Shown one piece after another: positions 1-14,800 of a DNA stretch of 64,000 nt (positions are counted from its first letter, which is position 1; each line of letters begins with the position of its first letter). Source of the DNA: Tubulanus polymorphus (taxonomy: Eukaryota; Animalia; Nemertea); contig NC_134027.1 of NCBI RefSeq assembly GCF_964204645.1, positions 14,540,485 through 14,604,484 on the forward strand, given 5' to 3'. The translations under genes were made by a program, and so were the position numbers. The notes below the pieces were generated by a model that saw nothing but the letters and a program-made list of their open reading frames with translations, was not told the origin of the DNA and made no database searches.

Positions 1-194
1 ATGTATTACATCACTCAGAATTTTCACCATTTCTTGGTGATAATCCAAATGTTCTTGTAATTTTGTGAAGTTTGTTCGTCAATTACGAGAGTTTTATCCT
101 CCATTTCTATTGATTCCCGTGTTTCACTATCCATCGTTTCTGGTTCCTCTTCCGATGGTTGACTTGGAATTTCTGGTTGATCTCTGTATTCCAT
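1..194 (-). CDS. 5' part of Polinton unknown ORF (homolog of 51163 ORF)
   Basis: Reverse complement matches MEHKDEPE...QEHLDYHQEMVKILSDVIH coding sequence at 51163. Confidence 0.7.
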
Positions 195-602
195 TTTAAT
201 CTAAAAGATGTCGTGAAAATGAATTACTGTACTTAAATATGTTTAAAGTTTTCTCACTTCATAATATATGTACTTACATTTAGATTTAGAACTGTAAACT
301 GTGTTTTGAGAGAGAATATCCAATACGTACTATGTATGTGAAAGTTGATTTCTAACTGCCGACGTGGCGCACGTTCGACCAAACTAATTACTTCTGCATG
401 TTTGCCTGGATTGTAACAGATGTTCCTTTGTGATGTAATTGATTAATCCTTTTCAACTGAAATAGCACATTCGATCAATATTCAAATGAGGTGCGCCCCA
501 TTCAACTGAATATAACGTGCGACAGATGCTTTTGTAAACAAGCTAATACAATTACATATAAGCGGTTTGACATAGATCGAGAGTAACCGGTTTTCTAAGC
601 GT

Positions 603-1261
603 TTAAGCTTCAACGTATTTTTCATTATGTGTTGAATTCCATAATTCAACAAATGTCTTTGCTTTATCCAGTTGATCTAAATATAATTTCATATCTAGTT
701 TGTTAGATTTAATTATGTTCTCCTTCTTTTCTAAAGGTCTTAAATTCTTCAAATTCCAAATAAGTTTTTTATTGTATTCATCATTCATGTCAAATTTAGA
801 AATCGGCAACACGTGATCAATATGAAAGTATTCACCATAATTATCTATATTCATTTTATCATCGAATTGATATATTATCCATGATATGAAAAATTCATCT
901 GAACAACCCAATAAATTAGATAGTGTTTTTGAATGCGTTTCTTGAATGCGTTGAATAATTGTGTTAATCTAGATCTTAAGCATTGTTTCAATCTAAAATT
1001 AAGATCTGTTTGATATCTTTCTCTCATATATTCTGTCATATAATCATTATAAGCTTCTCTATTATCTTCTCGATATTGTTTGGTATATAGTTTAGTACAA
1101 GTTTTACAGCAATATTGAAAACCATCTTTGCTAATCTTACGCTTATTAAATTCTGTTATAGCTAATTTATCTAATTCACATTTAGAACACTTCTTGTAGT
1201 ATATATTTATGACACCAGTGTTATTTGTAATATTTATAGTTTGTGGTTGTTCTGATTCCAT
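603..1261 (-). pseudogene. HNH endonuclease with N-terminal CxxC zinc ribbon, frameshifted
   Basis: ORFs 875-1261 (KKCSKC...YCCKTC) and 603-911 (FHIDHVLPISKF...NLRPL) overlap; near-identical to the uninterrupted frame at 50121-50792. Confidence 0.85.
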
Positions 1262-1309
1262 TTATTATACATATTTTTTTAATAAATTGATTTTAGAAGT
1301 TCAATGATT

Positions 1310-1871
1310 TATATCATGTATTATTTCAATCACACTTTACTAACACTTTCAATGTTTAAAAATCTAACTCATACAAATATGAATATTGAAATAATGTTGT
1401 AAATATATACTTGTCAATCTGTCAATTTAAATGTTATTCATGTACATGATTTTTTTAAGAGTAATAGGGGTAATGGGCTTGCAGGTTAAAGGTTGAATGG
1501 TCGAGTTCATTAAAAACAAATATTAAAAGTAATATAAAACTATAATATATTTTCATAGCCGTGTGTATTTCAGTTGAATAATAGAATAATTATTATTATT
1601 AAAATATATTTGATTATGAATTTGTGCATTGTAATAAACCAATTGGTCGCGGAGCGGAGCGGAGCGGTAGCGAAGTGGAGCGACCAATTGATTTAATACA
1701 ATATGCATTTAAAATTTAAATTATTGATTTCTTAGAATAAATATTTAGTTATAATTTAAAATACACACGGTTATGAAGATATATTATAGTTTTAAATTAC
1801 TTTTAATGTTTTGTTTTTTAATGAGCTCGACCGTTCGACCTTTGGCTTGAAAGCCCATTACCCCTAATACT
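1310..1871 (-). repeat. Polinton terminal inverted repeat containing a ~410-bp palindrome (1460-1871)
   Basis: agtaataggggtaatgggct at 1460 and agcccattacccctaatact ending at 1871; central stem caattggtcgc...gcgaccaattg. Confidence 0.92.
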
Positions 1872-1883
1872 CATGGACACCAA

Positions 1884-2084
1884 TTACACATGTGAATTTT
1901 CACAATTTACGCGTGTGAATTTTCACATTTACACGTGTGAATTTTCGCATTTACGCTTGGGAATTTTCACATTTACATGTGTTAATTTTCACATTTACAC
2001 GTGTGATTACTGCCAATTTCACATCATGTGAAATGGTTTTTCACACGTGTAAAAAAATTCACATGTGTAGTATTTACGTAAGGG
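1884..2084. repeat. 22-bp tandem repeat (tgtgaattttcacatttacacg), probably the end of a non-autonomous EnSpm/CACTA-like DNA transposon
   Basis: About 5-6 degenerate tandem units followed by inverted units and a ...tacgtaaggg end; transposon class is inference. Confidence 0.55.
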
Positions 2085-3172
2085 CCGTAAAATCATTGTT
2101 ACAAGAGATGTGTAGGATTAAGTTAGGGTGGGATGACATAATTCCCGCCTGGTGCGATGAGTTTTGGTTGAAATGGCTAAAAGAATAACGTAGATAAGAA
2201 GGTTTACGTATCGGTAGATGTTTTAAACCATCAGGCTTCGATGATCCAATATCCGCTCAGTTGCATCATTTTTCTGATACTGCTGAGATTGGATACGGTG
2301 CAGTTAGTTTTCTGAGGTTATTCGATGGCACGCCGGTACATTGTAGTTTCGAGCTCGGTATGTCTAGAGTGACGCCTTTGAAAACCGTGAGCATTCCACG
2401 ACTTGAGTTGGCCGCTGCAGTTTTGTCAACGCGACTCGACGGCATGATACTAAAAGAGATCGACATACCTTTCGAAACCTCATATTTCTGGACGGACAGT
2501 ACAGCAGTCCTCAAATATATTCGAAACGAGGATAAACGGTTTCAAGTTTATGTAGCAAACAGGGTGTCAGCAATTGGTACACTCTTAGAGAACACTCTAA
2601 ACCATGTCGATGGCGCTTCATCGATGGCTGCCTCAACCCAGCTGATGACGCTTCACGCGGTTTAAAGCCAACTGAACTGATTAACCCGTGGTGATGGTTA
2701 ATGGGACCAGAGTTTTTTGATATAGACCCTTCCGATCAAGAGTTAAGAAAGACGGTTAACACGGTTAAGGTGGACGGAGACCCTCTACTTAACTCATTTC
2801 GTCAATTTTCTTCTTGGTACAAACTCAAGAAACGTGTAGCCTGGATCCTGAGGCTCAAATCTCGACTATTGAGTAGAGTTCGGAAAATCGACTATGTGGT
2901 GAAATCCAATCGTATAACAGTTACCGAGTTGAGACGTGCAGAGAATGCAATATTAGGTTACGTACAAAGACGGTACTACACTGACGAATACAGTCACTCT
3001 CTTAAAAGGACAAGTTCCCTTATACCGTTAGATCTTGTCTTGGTTGACGGACTCCTTTGTGAAGGTGGTCGTCTAAGGCGCTCGACATTACCGGATAAAC
3101 GTAAAGACCTATACATAGTTCCAAAAATAGCCACCTATGTACATTAATTATTGATTATTATCACAGAGTGTA
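2085..3172 (+). pseudogene. BEL/Pao LTR retrotransposon pol fragment (RNase H and downstream region)
   Basis: LHHFSD..GYGAVS.LR, SRVTPLKTVSIPRLELAAAVL, FWTDSTAVLKYI, YVANRV, GGRLRRS are BEL/Pao pol motifs; stops and frameshifts present. Confidence 0.9.
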
Positions 3173-6100
3173 TAACACGTTCCCAAATGTTTTGATACTT
3201 TCTCAGTTTGTATCAAAAATATTGCCAATTTCTGGTCCTTGAGTCCTGAAAAATGATAAATTTACAGCGCAAAATCGTACAAACGTGTCAATTATACTTC
3301 TAAACACTTTATTTGCGGACCAGTTTATGAATTGAACGTGGGCCATAGAGCGCTATATCCGCCTATGATCTCAACTTTGAATTTATTACGTAAGCTATTC
3401 GTGAACAAAATGCGGTCGGCGCACAATAGAAACTTCGCTCTATTTATTCTTTCATTACCGCCGACAAAGAGGACCGATATTTCGCAAATTGGATTCGGGA
3501 GGTTTAAACCTCCCAAGGTCAAATCACTAAAATTGTGACCTTCGTGGAGATTATCTAAAAAGCCGATGGTAATCAAATTTAGCATAACTTTTTACCCAAA
3601 CGTTCAATGGCATTCCTAAGTATTTGATGAAAGTTGAGAAATAATAAGATATTCATATAACCATGGACTCTAAAACCTAAATCGTATAAGAGTCTCTGAT
3701 ATAAAAAAAAACTTCGCATAACAAAGAAGTAAAAATTCGAATCTGATTCATCTGTTTGGAATTGATTCTTATGAAATGGAAACAAATGCGTGAGCACCTA
3801 CTCATTCATTCAATTTACTTTGCGGCTTTACAACGGCTATTTCACTGGTTCTGCGTGATGAGATAATTCTGATTAATGTTATTGTAATAATTTCTATATG
3901 TATATACGTAATGATACTCTTTCTGAATAAAGGATGCACGTTATTCGAATCCCCACCATTGTTCTCTACAATGTACGTTAATCAAACTCACGATAAAACC
4001 AGATCCAAAACCATGGACTCAAAAACGAAGAATCTGTGGTCAAACATACAATTCTAATTTCCCCGTTAGTTCACTGATGCCGCCATCGAATGCAAGGATT
4101 CTAGCCAATCAGAGAGGCGCATGTACACATCCATTGGCATGTTAGTTATAGTACAACTTAGACAATAATCAAGGTTCGAGCCAATGTCAGTAACTAGAAT
4201 ATGTTCTTTCATCAAATACAAATAACTCAGCAGTAGTCAGTTAGTTGAGTTTGTTTGACTTGATTTGTATTTCATCAATCAATCTATTTCATTTTATTTT
4301 AAAGTACAAACTAAACGCTTGAATTGCTTATAACACGACCAGGTATGAATTAGAATAGATCGGCTTAATATTTCGAATGCAAATTTGGCGATTAAGCAAT
4401 CGGAAATTCGAATTGCTTGAGAAATATTTCAATACGCACATTACTTCGAATAGCGATAAGTTCATTGACACATGTGACCATTGTTTTGTTACTTTCGATA
4501 GCGAGTCGAATAAGCTATGGGACAGCTAACGACATCACAATCGCAATATCAACAGAAGTTCATTTTATCCTACATGATGAGGCTAAATTCAGTGAAATCG
4601 ATCGTGTTCTGAAATATATATTTTCCTGGATACATGTTGTTCATTGTAGCTATTCTATGCGGTTTTACATTAACCTGCTATAACATATTGACCGTTTTCA
4701 AGAACCCAAAAATTACAATTTGCTGGGAATCTGTTTTTTTTTCAAAAACAACCCAAACCCGAAATTGTGTACAGTTAGTACGCAGCGTATATAATGTCGG
4801 ATTAGAGAATATTGAAAAAACTTTAAAAAAAGTTGAGTGAAGGGAAATAAGCTCAGCAGTGACAAATTGTCATTTCTACCCTTCACGTGATTAATTGATG
4901 TCCAAATATGTTCTACCGTGAAAACTCTGCATTTAGCGTCAAACGAATTTTTGTATACGTATCTCAGGATGCATGCTCTTCAAAAAGGTAGCCTATTAGG
5001 AAAAAACTTACCCGGTAAAATCCTAATTTGTCCTAAACGATATTCCAACTATTATTTTGTTAATTATTCAACTATCATCACTAACTGGGTAAGTTAGTTG
5101 AACTTACATAAAGATATATCATTAGGGACACTTCAATTTCACACCATTCAATATCATAAGGGAACAAAATTCTTTGAAACTTGGTTAATGGTAGTTCTTA
5201 AGACTAGGTTTTGTTTCCGGAATTTACTAAATGTACCAATTCTAATAATTCACTCATTGAAGCTTCTATACATTAGAAGCGAAAGCTCGTGCGTCGAAAT
5301 AAATAGTTAACCTTTAAAGTACTACTCGTCTCTTCATTTAAATTCAAAATATAAGTCTTTATTGATTCTTTTTTGTTGGAATATGCATAACTTTTTCTGG
5401 GCAAATTTCTATATTCTGTCAGGTCATGGACTCTAAAACGATTTAGACATTAAAGCGTTTTAGAGTCCATGGTCAAGGTATTTTGGCTATAACGAATATA
5501 ACTAACTCCCTGGGGCAACGATGTGGCTGATGAAATGATCTCTCCCATTGTAATCCCACCATTTAATTACTCATTGTATAACAACTCTCACAATTAAGCC
5601 TCGGACTCTTAAACGAATTATGAGTGCATGCTTTAGTATAGGCTCTGATATAGAGCATATTGTCTTGATTTAGAACATGTATGCATAAACTCTAGGCTGC
5701 AAAGAAATACGTTTTCAGCGGCTCTAATCGAGTTAAATCTTTCGTGATAGATTAACACAGAGAGGCGGCACCCAATCGCTGCTTATTGACATTAGGCACA
5801 AGCCACTGTTATGTTCATTAGTAAAACTGATATAGAATGAATAAGTGAGGAGGGAAAATGTATAAATTAAATTTATAAATGAATTTATAAGAATTTAGCA
5901 TGCATCGGAGTGCACTTAAATTGGATTATTACAAAATAACTCACTTCAAAATTTCTGATATTGTTTCATTGATATTTATTACTTTAAAGCAATTCACTTT
6001 AAGAACTTTGGTCAACAATAAGTCTGACCTGCAAATCAAATCATCGGGAGACCAAATACTGTTTCAAAAAATTATATTGCTAATACATTCCTAATCTTAA

Positions 6101-9100
6101 CCTTTCGCCATAAACCTACTGGATTTAGGGCCTGGGGCATTTTAGATGGTTGTAGGTAAAAATCCCCTAGGTAAAATCCTCACTTGGCGATTTTTCAAGA
6201 ACATTTGAAAGCACGATATTTATTCAAACATATTCATCCACAATACAACTGCAATATATTTAACTGTGCATTGATCTCTTTTGTTGAAATAAATCTTTAA
6301 ATAAATTCATAGAATAAATGAAATTAATGAACTTTTTATTCATACTATCTTTTCATAATTTTATTCATACTATCTTTTAATTCGAACTAAATAACTCTTT
6401 TTAACTTGTGGTATAGTATGCTTATGATATGGATTCGATTTACGTATCAATATTTTCATGTTGACGGGGGCCTGATGATGGCTAATAGCATTAGCCGAAA
6501 CATTGCTCGTAGAAGATTTTTTGCTGAATTCATTGTGGGATTTGTCTCGTTATTCACCATACACGGATATTGTGTATTTACTTCTCATTTTCATGTTGGT
6601 TTTGAACAACTTAAATTTTGCGATTCTAATACCTTATTAACTTTAGATGACAGTAATACCTTCAATTTACATGTAAAATATGATCACTGCTGAAAGTGTA
6701 ATAAGGAATATATATTTACTCCAGTGACAATATTTTGATTCTAAGATTTAATTCAATCATCTAGTCCGAGTCTGTATGGTAAAACTTCAAGCTAACCAAG
6801 AGCTAACCGAATACCGACAATAGAAGGTGGTCGCTTAAAAATTAGTTAATTTACGCAACAGGAATCTATCTTGATTTCAAGGGCACTTCAATTAATCGTT
6901 TCAATAGTGACCACTGTAAATTAGCCAGTAGTTTAAATGACCGAATTCAATCAACCGATTCGTATCCTAAGAATGAGAATTGTATCTAACCACAGTAGTT
7001 ATTCCTCATCAAACGTTCGGTCATCATATTATACATCTATACATCATTACTATCATCTTTAGTTAATAGAAGTGCAATTAAATCTAGAATCTATGAGTTG
7101 AGTTTTTTTAGACATAATAAATTGTGTTGATTTTATGTTAGTTAAATCAAATATTGGGAATATTTTACCGGGGGATTTTTACTTTGGGGATAATAAGCTA
7201 AATTATTTTATATCATCGGTTTTCATTAAGAAAAATTAAAAAAAATTAATCTTAACTACACTTATATTCCTTTTGGAGCAATAAGATTCTTTCATTGAAT
7301 TTAATATGTTATTTCGTACAATAGTTCATCACAGTGCGTCATTCACGCTTAAATGTACAAAACTTCTTTACAGAGTTCAAAATATAAACCAACAATCTCA
7401 TCTCAAGCATGTACTAGCGATGACGCTATGGGATAAAACCAAGTCTCGATTCATTGCCTAAAACGTGGGTACATTCATTCAAATCAGGACTAAAATACGC
7501 TTATATGAATATCTTGCATGATATCATTTTACATTACGGGTGTCTCATAGGCCTGGTTTTACTTGTACATTGTCATCAATTGATTAAACATCCCAAGTAA
7601 CTTCTTTATTTACTTATGGCTTAATCACTGGTATTCAATAGCTAGTCGGCTATAGAAAGACTAACCCGATAAAATTCCATTAACCGTTCGTCCAGAGTCG
7701 AACACTGTTCGCGCGTTAATTCGCAACGATTTTAAAGAAAGAAAATGATTGCATGAAATCTACTTTTCGTATCAATCGGCGTCCAATCTCTTAAACCATC
7801 CTAAACACAGTAGTGTAGTAGTTTGTGTCTATTTGCTTTTGCTGATGTCATTTAACATAACAATGGAAATGTATTCGTTTATTTGGAAATTATATGAAGA
7901 AATGGAGTAATGTGACAAATCAAATTATTACTGCAAGGCAAAACATAGCGCACTTCAGATATATGATATGGTCTTAAAGACTTTTCATATATTAACAGTC
8001 CAGTTTAACGTCTATTGATATGAATAGTCCAGTTTTGATATGACTGTCGCAACAGTTGGAATAAAACCTATGAAATCTAGGGGCATTTATCTCATGAAAT
8101 TTAGATTTGAGATAATTGTATTGTATTGTATGAGGATTAAACATTTCAATGGCTGGTGATTATTTGTGATAAAGTAATCAGTGAGATGGACTGTTGATGT
8201 AGCCTTGATTGAGGCACTCGGGTCAGATAATATTTTTAGATAAAAAAGTGCATTTGTTAAAGCAGAACACATGATTTTAAACTAAATATAAGTAGCTAAA
8301 CCGTTAATTTTCATTCCTAATTTTCATCACTCCCGATTATCAAAAATAATTCAACAGTTTGATTAACGGATAGTTGCAGTTAACAACATTTCTATCTGAT
8401 AGAGAAGGTATACAGGTATACAGAGGAACAAGAAAAGAACATCCAACTAGACACTGGAAAATCTTTATTCGGGTTTTTTACCGGGAGCCTTTACCTTGGG
8501 GTATATTTAACTAGGGGATTTTTACTGAAAGGGACCTTTACGGAGCGAGTTTTTACCCGATCACATCGATTATTGAATGACATGTTCGATAAAATCATGA
8601 CAAAAACTGGTATCACTGGTTCAATTTGCTAATTTTCGCTATTCGGGTGGTTCTGTAGATTATTGGCTATACCGTTGGTAACTGACTAGCTATTTGTATC
8701 ACTGATCGGACTGTGAAAATATAGCTTTGACAAAACCACAACGAGAAATGAATCACATGCAATATTTTACTCGAAAACGAGCTTAACCATGGAATCAGTA
8801 ACGTATTTTCACAGTCCATGGCTGAAATGACGCTGTTGAAAAAATCAATGAGAAATACTGCCTCCGATTTTTATGACGAAAATATAGGAATAAATTCCGA
8901 ACAGAATCAAATCAGGTTGTTCTTATTGGTATTGTGTATACATTTCATTTATTAGATATTTCAAGTAATTCGTGTAATTAGGAAAAACTCGATCCAATAA
9001 TGGGTTTTTCTTTCGGTTTTACGTAATTTACAACTTACCAAATATGGACTACATGGTTTGACATTAAAACCAGTGAGCATTATGGTATCAAGTTCAACCA

Positions 9101-9509
9101 AAATTGATAATGATCGGCCTTTCGTAGAATCTCCCTGAAGGTCACAATTTTAGTAAATTGACCTTGGGAGGTTTAAACCTCCCGAATCCAATTAGCAAAA
9201 TATCGGTCCTCTATGTCGGCGACAATAAAAGTACCATGCGCGTAACTTTCTATTGTGCGCCTGCCGCGTTTTGGGCACGAGTAGCTCACGTAATCTTAAT
9301 TGAAAGTTGAGATCACAGGCAGATATTGAGGTCAATGGCCCACACATAACATCATAAATTGGTCAGGAAATAAAGTGTTTTGTGGTATAGATGACACGTT
9401 GGTACGATTTTACACTGTAAATTTATCATTTTTTAGGACTTAAGGACCAAATATCGGCAATATTTTTGATACAAACTGAGAAAGTATCAAAACATTTGAG
9501 AACGCGTTG
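3173..9509. mobile_element. 6.3-kb non-autonomous DNA transposon with ~420-bp imperfect TIRs and TA target duplication
   Basis: 3173-3600 is the reverse complement of 9090-9509 (e.g. caaatgt(t)ttgatactttctcagtttgtatcaaaaatattgcc); TA at 3171-3172 and 9510-9511; removing it rejoins BEL coding sequence (HRVYAH..CEYVL). Confidence 0.85.
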
Positions 9510-9870
9510 TATGCGCATTGGGGTGTGAGTACGTCTTATCAAACATTAGAAAGACATATTGGCTAATTAACGCTAAATCGGCTATTAGGCGTTGATTAAA
9601 TGCATGTATTACTTGTAGGAAACAAAGGGCTAAGGCTGTAGGACAAAAGATGTCTGACTTACCAGAAGATAGGGTTACTCCGAATTTACCCCCATTTACA
9701 AATGTGGGGATCGATTGCTTTGGGCCGTTTCTCGTCAAACGGGGCCGGGCGCAAGTTACGGTTGTTTATTTACGTGTTTCGCCTGTTGGGCTATTCACAT
9801 CGAAGTTTGCCATTCTTTGAGTACCGATCCTTTTATTTGTGCACTCCGTCGGTTTATCAGTCGACGCGGT
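9510..9870 (+). pseudogene. BEL/Pao integrase fragment (HHCC region and start of core)
   Basis: [59 protein letters not shown]. Confidence 0.9.
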
Positions 9871-11896
9871 ATATCTCTTCTCATTAAACTAAATGTAATG
9901 TTTGTGACCATGTTTGTTTGTTCGTGGTTTCTACTTATATTTCCGTAACAATTGATTGATAACATGTTTTTGCCGTTTTAATTAAAATCTACAAAGAGTG
10001 TAAAGCAACTCACATTCATTTTAATCATTATATTTAAATGATGAAAATATAATAAAGAATTTACGAATCGAATTCAACCTATAGTGTCATTCGTGTGATA
10101 CCGAAGATTCTATTGTTATAGCACACTGCGTCCATAGATTCTTTCAGCCACCTGTCATTAGTGTTACTATGGATACATATCTTAATTGAATTCGTAATTA
10201 AACTGATTAAACTGTTTAGTCAGATCAAAGACAATTGCCAAGACGTCGAGATCAATTCTATACAGCTCCGATAATGCTAAAATATATAAAAAAGCATGGA
10301 AAATTAAAGTACCATGGTCAGAAATTGTCAACGAACAGGAACTAGAATGGTTAAGGATCTACTCAAGGGCAAAAAACTGTCCACTCGATCTTTTAGTTGG
10401 GGCAATGCTACCAATAACAGCAAGTCTGACAGGGCCTGGATGTGTAGCTGAAACGGAAGACGGCGATTTTACATCAACCCTGAACACGTTTATTGCATGT
10501 CTTTGCGAGTGTGGAGGAGGTAAATCGCGAGCATTTGATGAGATCGTAATACCAGCCAATAGGGTTAATGCAAAAAAAAGTGGAAAATCATTGTTGATCG
10601 GTAAATACACCTCCGCTGGAATACAAAACCATCAAAAAGAAAACCGTGGGTATGGCTTGATAAGCGAGGATGAAGGTGCGAAGCTGATGACCGAAATTAA
10701 TACTAAACAACGTAATGGCGAATCAGAAAGGAGTTTCCTTAATAAAGTATGGGTGGACATGGCGCTGCATCAACATTGTCAACAGGAACAAGAGGGTTCG
10801 AAAAGACAGCAATATCTATGCTTGTGTTCATTCAACCAGAACCCATGTTTAAGGAAATGATTAACGGTACAAGTCAACAATGTGGTGACGAATTCTGGGA
10901 TAGGTTCTTGTTCATCGTCTCCAAACCAATGATCAAACCATCAAGCGTTTGTAAAGACAATTATAAACTGTCGTCACAATCAGGATTAGAAAGTTTCATT
11001 CCTATATTTGAGGCAATTTACAATGATTTAAAATCTAAGGAAACGGTTTTAAAACTTTCACCAGAGGCAACAACCGCGTTTAACAAAATTCGTGACGAAT
11101 TTGTAGTGTATATGAACCGAATGTACGATTCAGACTCAAATGACGGTATGTATCTTAAAACCTCTTCAAGTAGAAAGTTTTAAAATATCATTGATAAAGA
11201 AAGTTTATATATAAATTACCACTATATGTTCGTTTAAATTCAATTTGCATAATGACAGATTTGTCACAAAACTTAACTCAGATTTCAATTCTCCAGTTGC
11301 TATTTCAAAATAACCATTATTAAAACACGGGTTTCGTGTCTTCAGTTGCACTCAAAATCATGTTTGTTCCAGATGAAAATATTGATGAAACGAGTCTCGT
11401 AACTTCAAAAGATGTTATGCACATTCTAAGGATTGCAGCCATCTTACGTATCCTAAGTCAATACCTACATCACTTTTTAACGGACAAAGAAAATGAATTC
11501 CGATTCAATAAAACCATTGTGGAATTCGTCATCGCCGCTAAAACGTTATATCATGTAATTGATCAACAAAAGGATGTGATTTTACAGGTAAATAAAAATA
11601 TACTGTATTCAAACATACAAATACAGTACAATATAACCTGGTAACCTTCATTTGACTGCTAATTAATGAAAACATGAACAAATTCATGATTATTTTAGGC
11701 AGTTAAAAGCTTTTCAAGAAATGAGACAAAAACCATCAGAATGAACAAAACAATAAAGAGTTTCGACGAAAAAGTCTGGAGAGTTGTTATTCAATCTCCT
11801 GGGCCATTGGTTACTCTCCGTATGATCCAGAAAAATCTTAGCGGACGAGCAGTCACAGCTTCAAATGTTCAATGTAAGTTAGGCCGACTCAATTTT

Positions 11897-14800
11897 TCAA
11901 TTCTCTTTAGTTGCCCTATGACAGAAAAATGCCCAAAAAATTTCTCCATTTGAGTGTCCAAATCTATACCTAAATTCATCAATATAAATTCCAATTCTTT
12001 GGTGGACAACGCCCTTCATTTTCTTGATCCTACCTTTCATCATACCCCACATACCTTCAATGCCATTCGTGCAAACATTTTCGACAGATTTGAACTCTTT
12101 GGAATGATTAACAACACCATGGTTATACGTTTCATTTAACGTCGAATATGCCGACCAACCATCTGAATAAATTGTGCAGCCACTTGCAACGTGCTTCTTT
12201 ATAATCGGCAATAAAGTTTCACGATTTCTACGGTTCACAATTGACATTATATCATTCCGTGTTCCACGTTCAAAGATACCAAAAACCCATGTGTCCTGTT
12301 TTCCGCTTCCTTTGTTATATTTGCGTCTTTTTCCGAAAAGTGATTCATCAATTTCTGAAATTGATTCTGCGACATCACCTTTTATGATGACAGGGTTACG
12401 CCTTAGAAAATCGCTACAAACTTCACGCAACCTGTCATACCATTTCATGATGGTCTTCACGTTCAACTGAGGTTCCAATTTCTGCACTTGAAAAATCTAT
12501 AGATCAATTGCAAATCCATACACGATCAACAGAGCAGAACACAACGACAGTTTGGATCCCTGTAGAAATTATGAAAAAATAATTTTATAATAGACCATGC
12601 AGCCTAATACACGCTAACCCGGCCGCTAGATCTCAGCCCCTATATATAAGGGTAATACACGGGCACTCCCGGCCCCTCGATCCCTGCCACTTTATATAAG
12701 TGTAATACACGGGCACTACCGGCCCCTCGATCCCAACCACTTTATATAAGTGTAATACACGGGCACATCCGGCCCCTCGATCCCAGCCACTTTATATAAG
12801 GGTAATACACGGGCACACCCGGCCTCTAGATCTCAGCCCCTATATATAAGTGTAATACACGGGCACACCTGGCCCCTCTATCCAAGCCACTTTATTTAAG
12901 TGTAATACACGGGCACACCCAGCCCCTAGATCTCAGCCCCTATATATAAGTGTAATACACGGGCACACCCGACCCCTCTATCCAAGCCACTTTATATAAG
13001 GGTAATACACGGACACTCCCGGCCCCTCAATCCCAGCCACTTTATATAAGTGTAATACACGGGCACACCCGGCCCCTCTAACCCAGCCACTTTATATAAG
13101 GGTAATACACGGACACTCCCGGCCCCTCGATCCCAGCCACTTTATATAAGGGTAATACACGGACACTCCCGGCACCTCTATCCCAGCCACTTTATATAAC
13201 GGTAATACACGGACATACCCTGCCCCTCGATCCCAGCCACTTTATATAAGGGTAATACACGGACACACCCTGCCCCTCGATCCCAGCCACTTTATATAAG
13301 TGTAATACACGGATACTCCCAGCCCCTCGATCCCAGCCACTTTATATAAGGGTAATACACGGACACACCCAGCCCCTCGATCCCAGCCACTTTATATAAG
13401 GGTAATACACGGACACTCCCAGCCCCTAGATCTCAGCCCCTATATATAAGTGTAATACACGGGCACACCCGGCCCCTCGGTCCCAGCCACTTTATATACG
13501 GGTAATTCACGGGCACACCCGGCCCCTAGATCTCAGCCCCTATATATAAGTGTAATACACGGGCACACCCAGCCCCTCTTTCCCAGCCACTTTATATAAG
13601 GGTAATATACGGACACTCCCGGCCCCTCTATCCCAGCCACTTTATATAAGCGTAATACACGGGCACACCCGGCCCCTAGATCTCAGCCCCTTTATATAAG
13701 TGTAATACACGGGCACACCCGGCCCCTCTATCCCAGCCACTTTATATAAGGGTAATACACGGACACTCCCGGCCACTCGATCCCAGCCACTTTATATAAG
13801 GGTAATACACGGACACACCCTGCCCCTCGATCCCAGCCACTTTATATAAGTGTAATACACGGATACTCCCGGCCCCTCGATCCCAGCCACTTTATATAAG
13901 GGTAATACACGGACACAACCAGCCCCTCGATCCCAGCCACTTTATATAAGGGTAATACACGGACACTCCCAGCCCCTAGATCTCAGCCCCTATATATAAG
14001 TGTAATACACGGGCACACCCGGCCCCTCTTTCCCAGCCACTTTATATAAAGGTAATACACGGACACTCCCGGCACCTCGATCCCAGCCACTTTATATAAA
14101 GGTAATACACGGACACTCCCGGCACCTCGATCCCAGCCACTTTATATAAAGGTAATACACGGACACTCCCGGCCCCTCTATCCCAGCCACTTTATATAAG
14201 GGTAATACACGGACATACCCGGCCACTCGATCCCAGCCACTTTATATAAGGGTAATACACGGACACACCCAGCCCCTCGATCCCAGCCACTTTATATAAG
14301 GGTAATACACGGACACTCCCAGCCCCTAGATCTCAGCCCCTATATATAAGTGTAATACACGGGCACACCCGGCCCCTCGGTCCCAGCCACTTTATATACG
14401 GGTAATTCACGGGCACACCCGGCCCCTAGATCTCAGCCCCTATATATAAGTGTAATACACGGGCACACCCAGCCCCTCTTTCCCAGCCACTTTATATAAG
14501 GGTAATATACGGACACTCCCGGCCCCTCTATCCCAGCCACTTTATATAAGCGTAATACACGGGCACACCCTGCCCCTCGATCCCAGCCACTTTATATAAG
14601 TGTAATTCACGGATACTCCCGGCCCCTCGATTCCAGCCACTTTATATAAGGGTAATACACGGACACACCCAGCCCCTCGATTCCAGCCACTTTATATAAG
14701 GGTAATACACGGACACCCCCGGCCCCTCGATCCCAGCCACTTTATATAAGGGTAATACACGGACACACCCTGCCCCTCGATCCCAGCCACTCTATATAAG

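Larger units (their letters stand above)
1..1871 (-). mobile_element. Terminal fragment of a Polinton/Maverick copy (same family as 22552-40603), running off the window start
   Basis: 1262-1871 is the reverse complement of the left end of the full element (22552-23167) and ends ...cccctaatact; 1-430 and 640-1250 are reverse complements of 50925-51355 and 50121-50745. Confidence 0.92.

Noticed and set aside
1884-2084. CRISPR-like palindromic repeats and ORF 1937-2188
   Set aside because: Head-to-tail 22-mers without spacers; the ORF is a read-through from the repeat into BEL sequence
3325-8272. Short ORFs inside the TIR element
   Set aside because: 60-95 aa, mostly non-ATG starts, no motifs; consistent with chance
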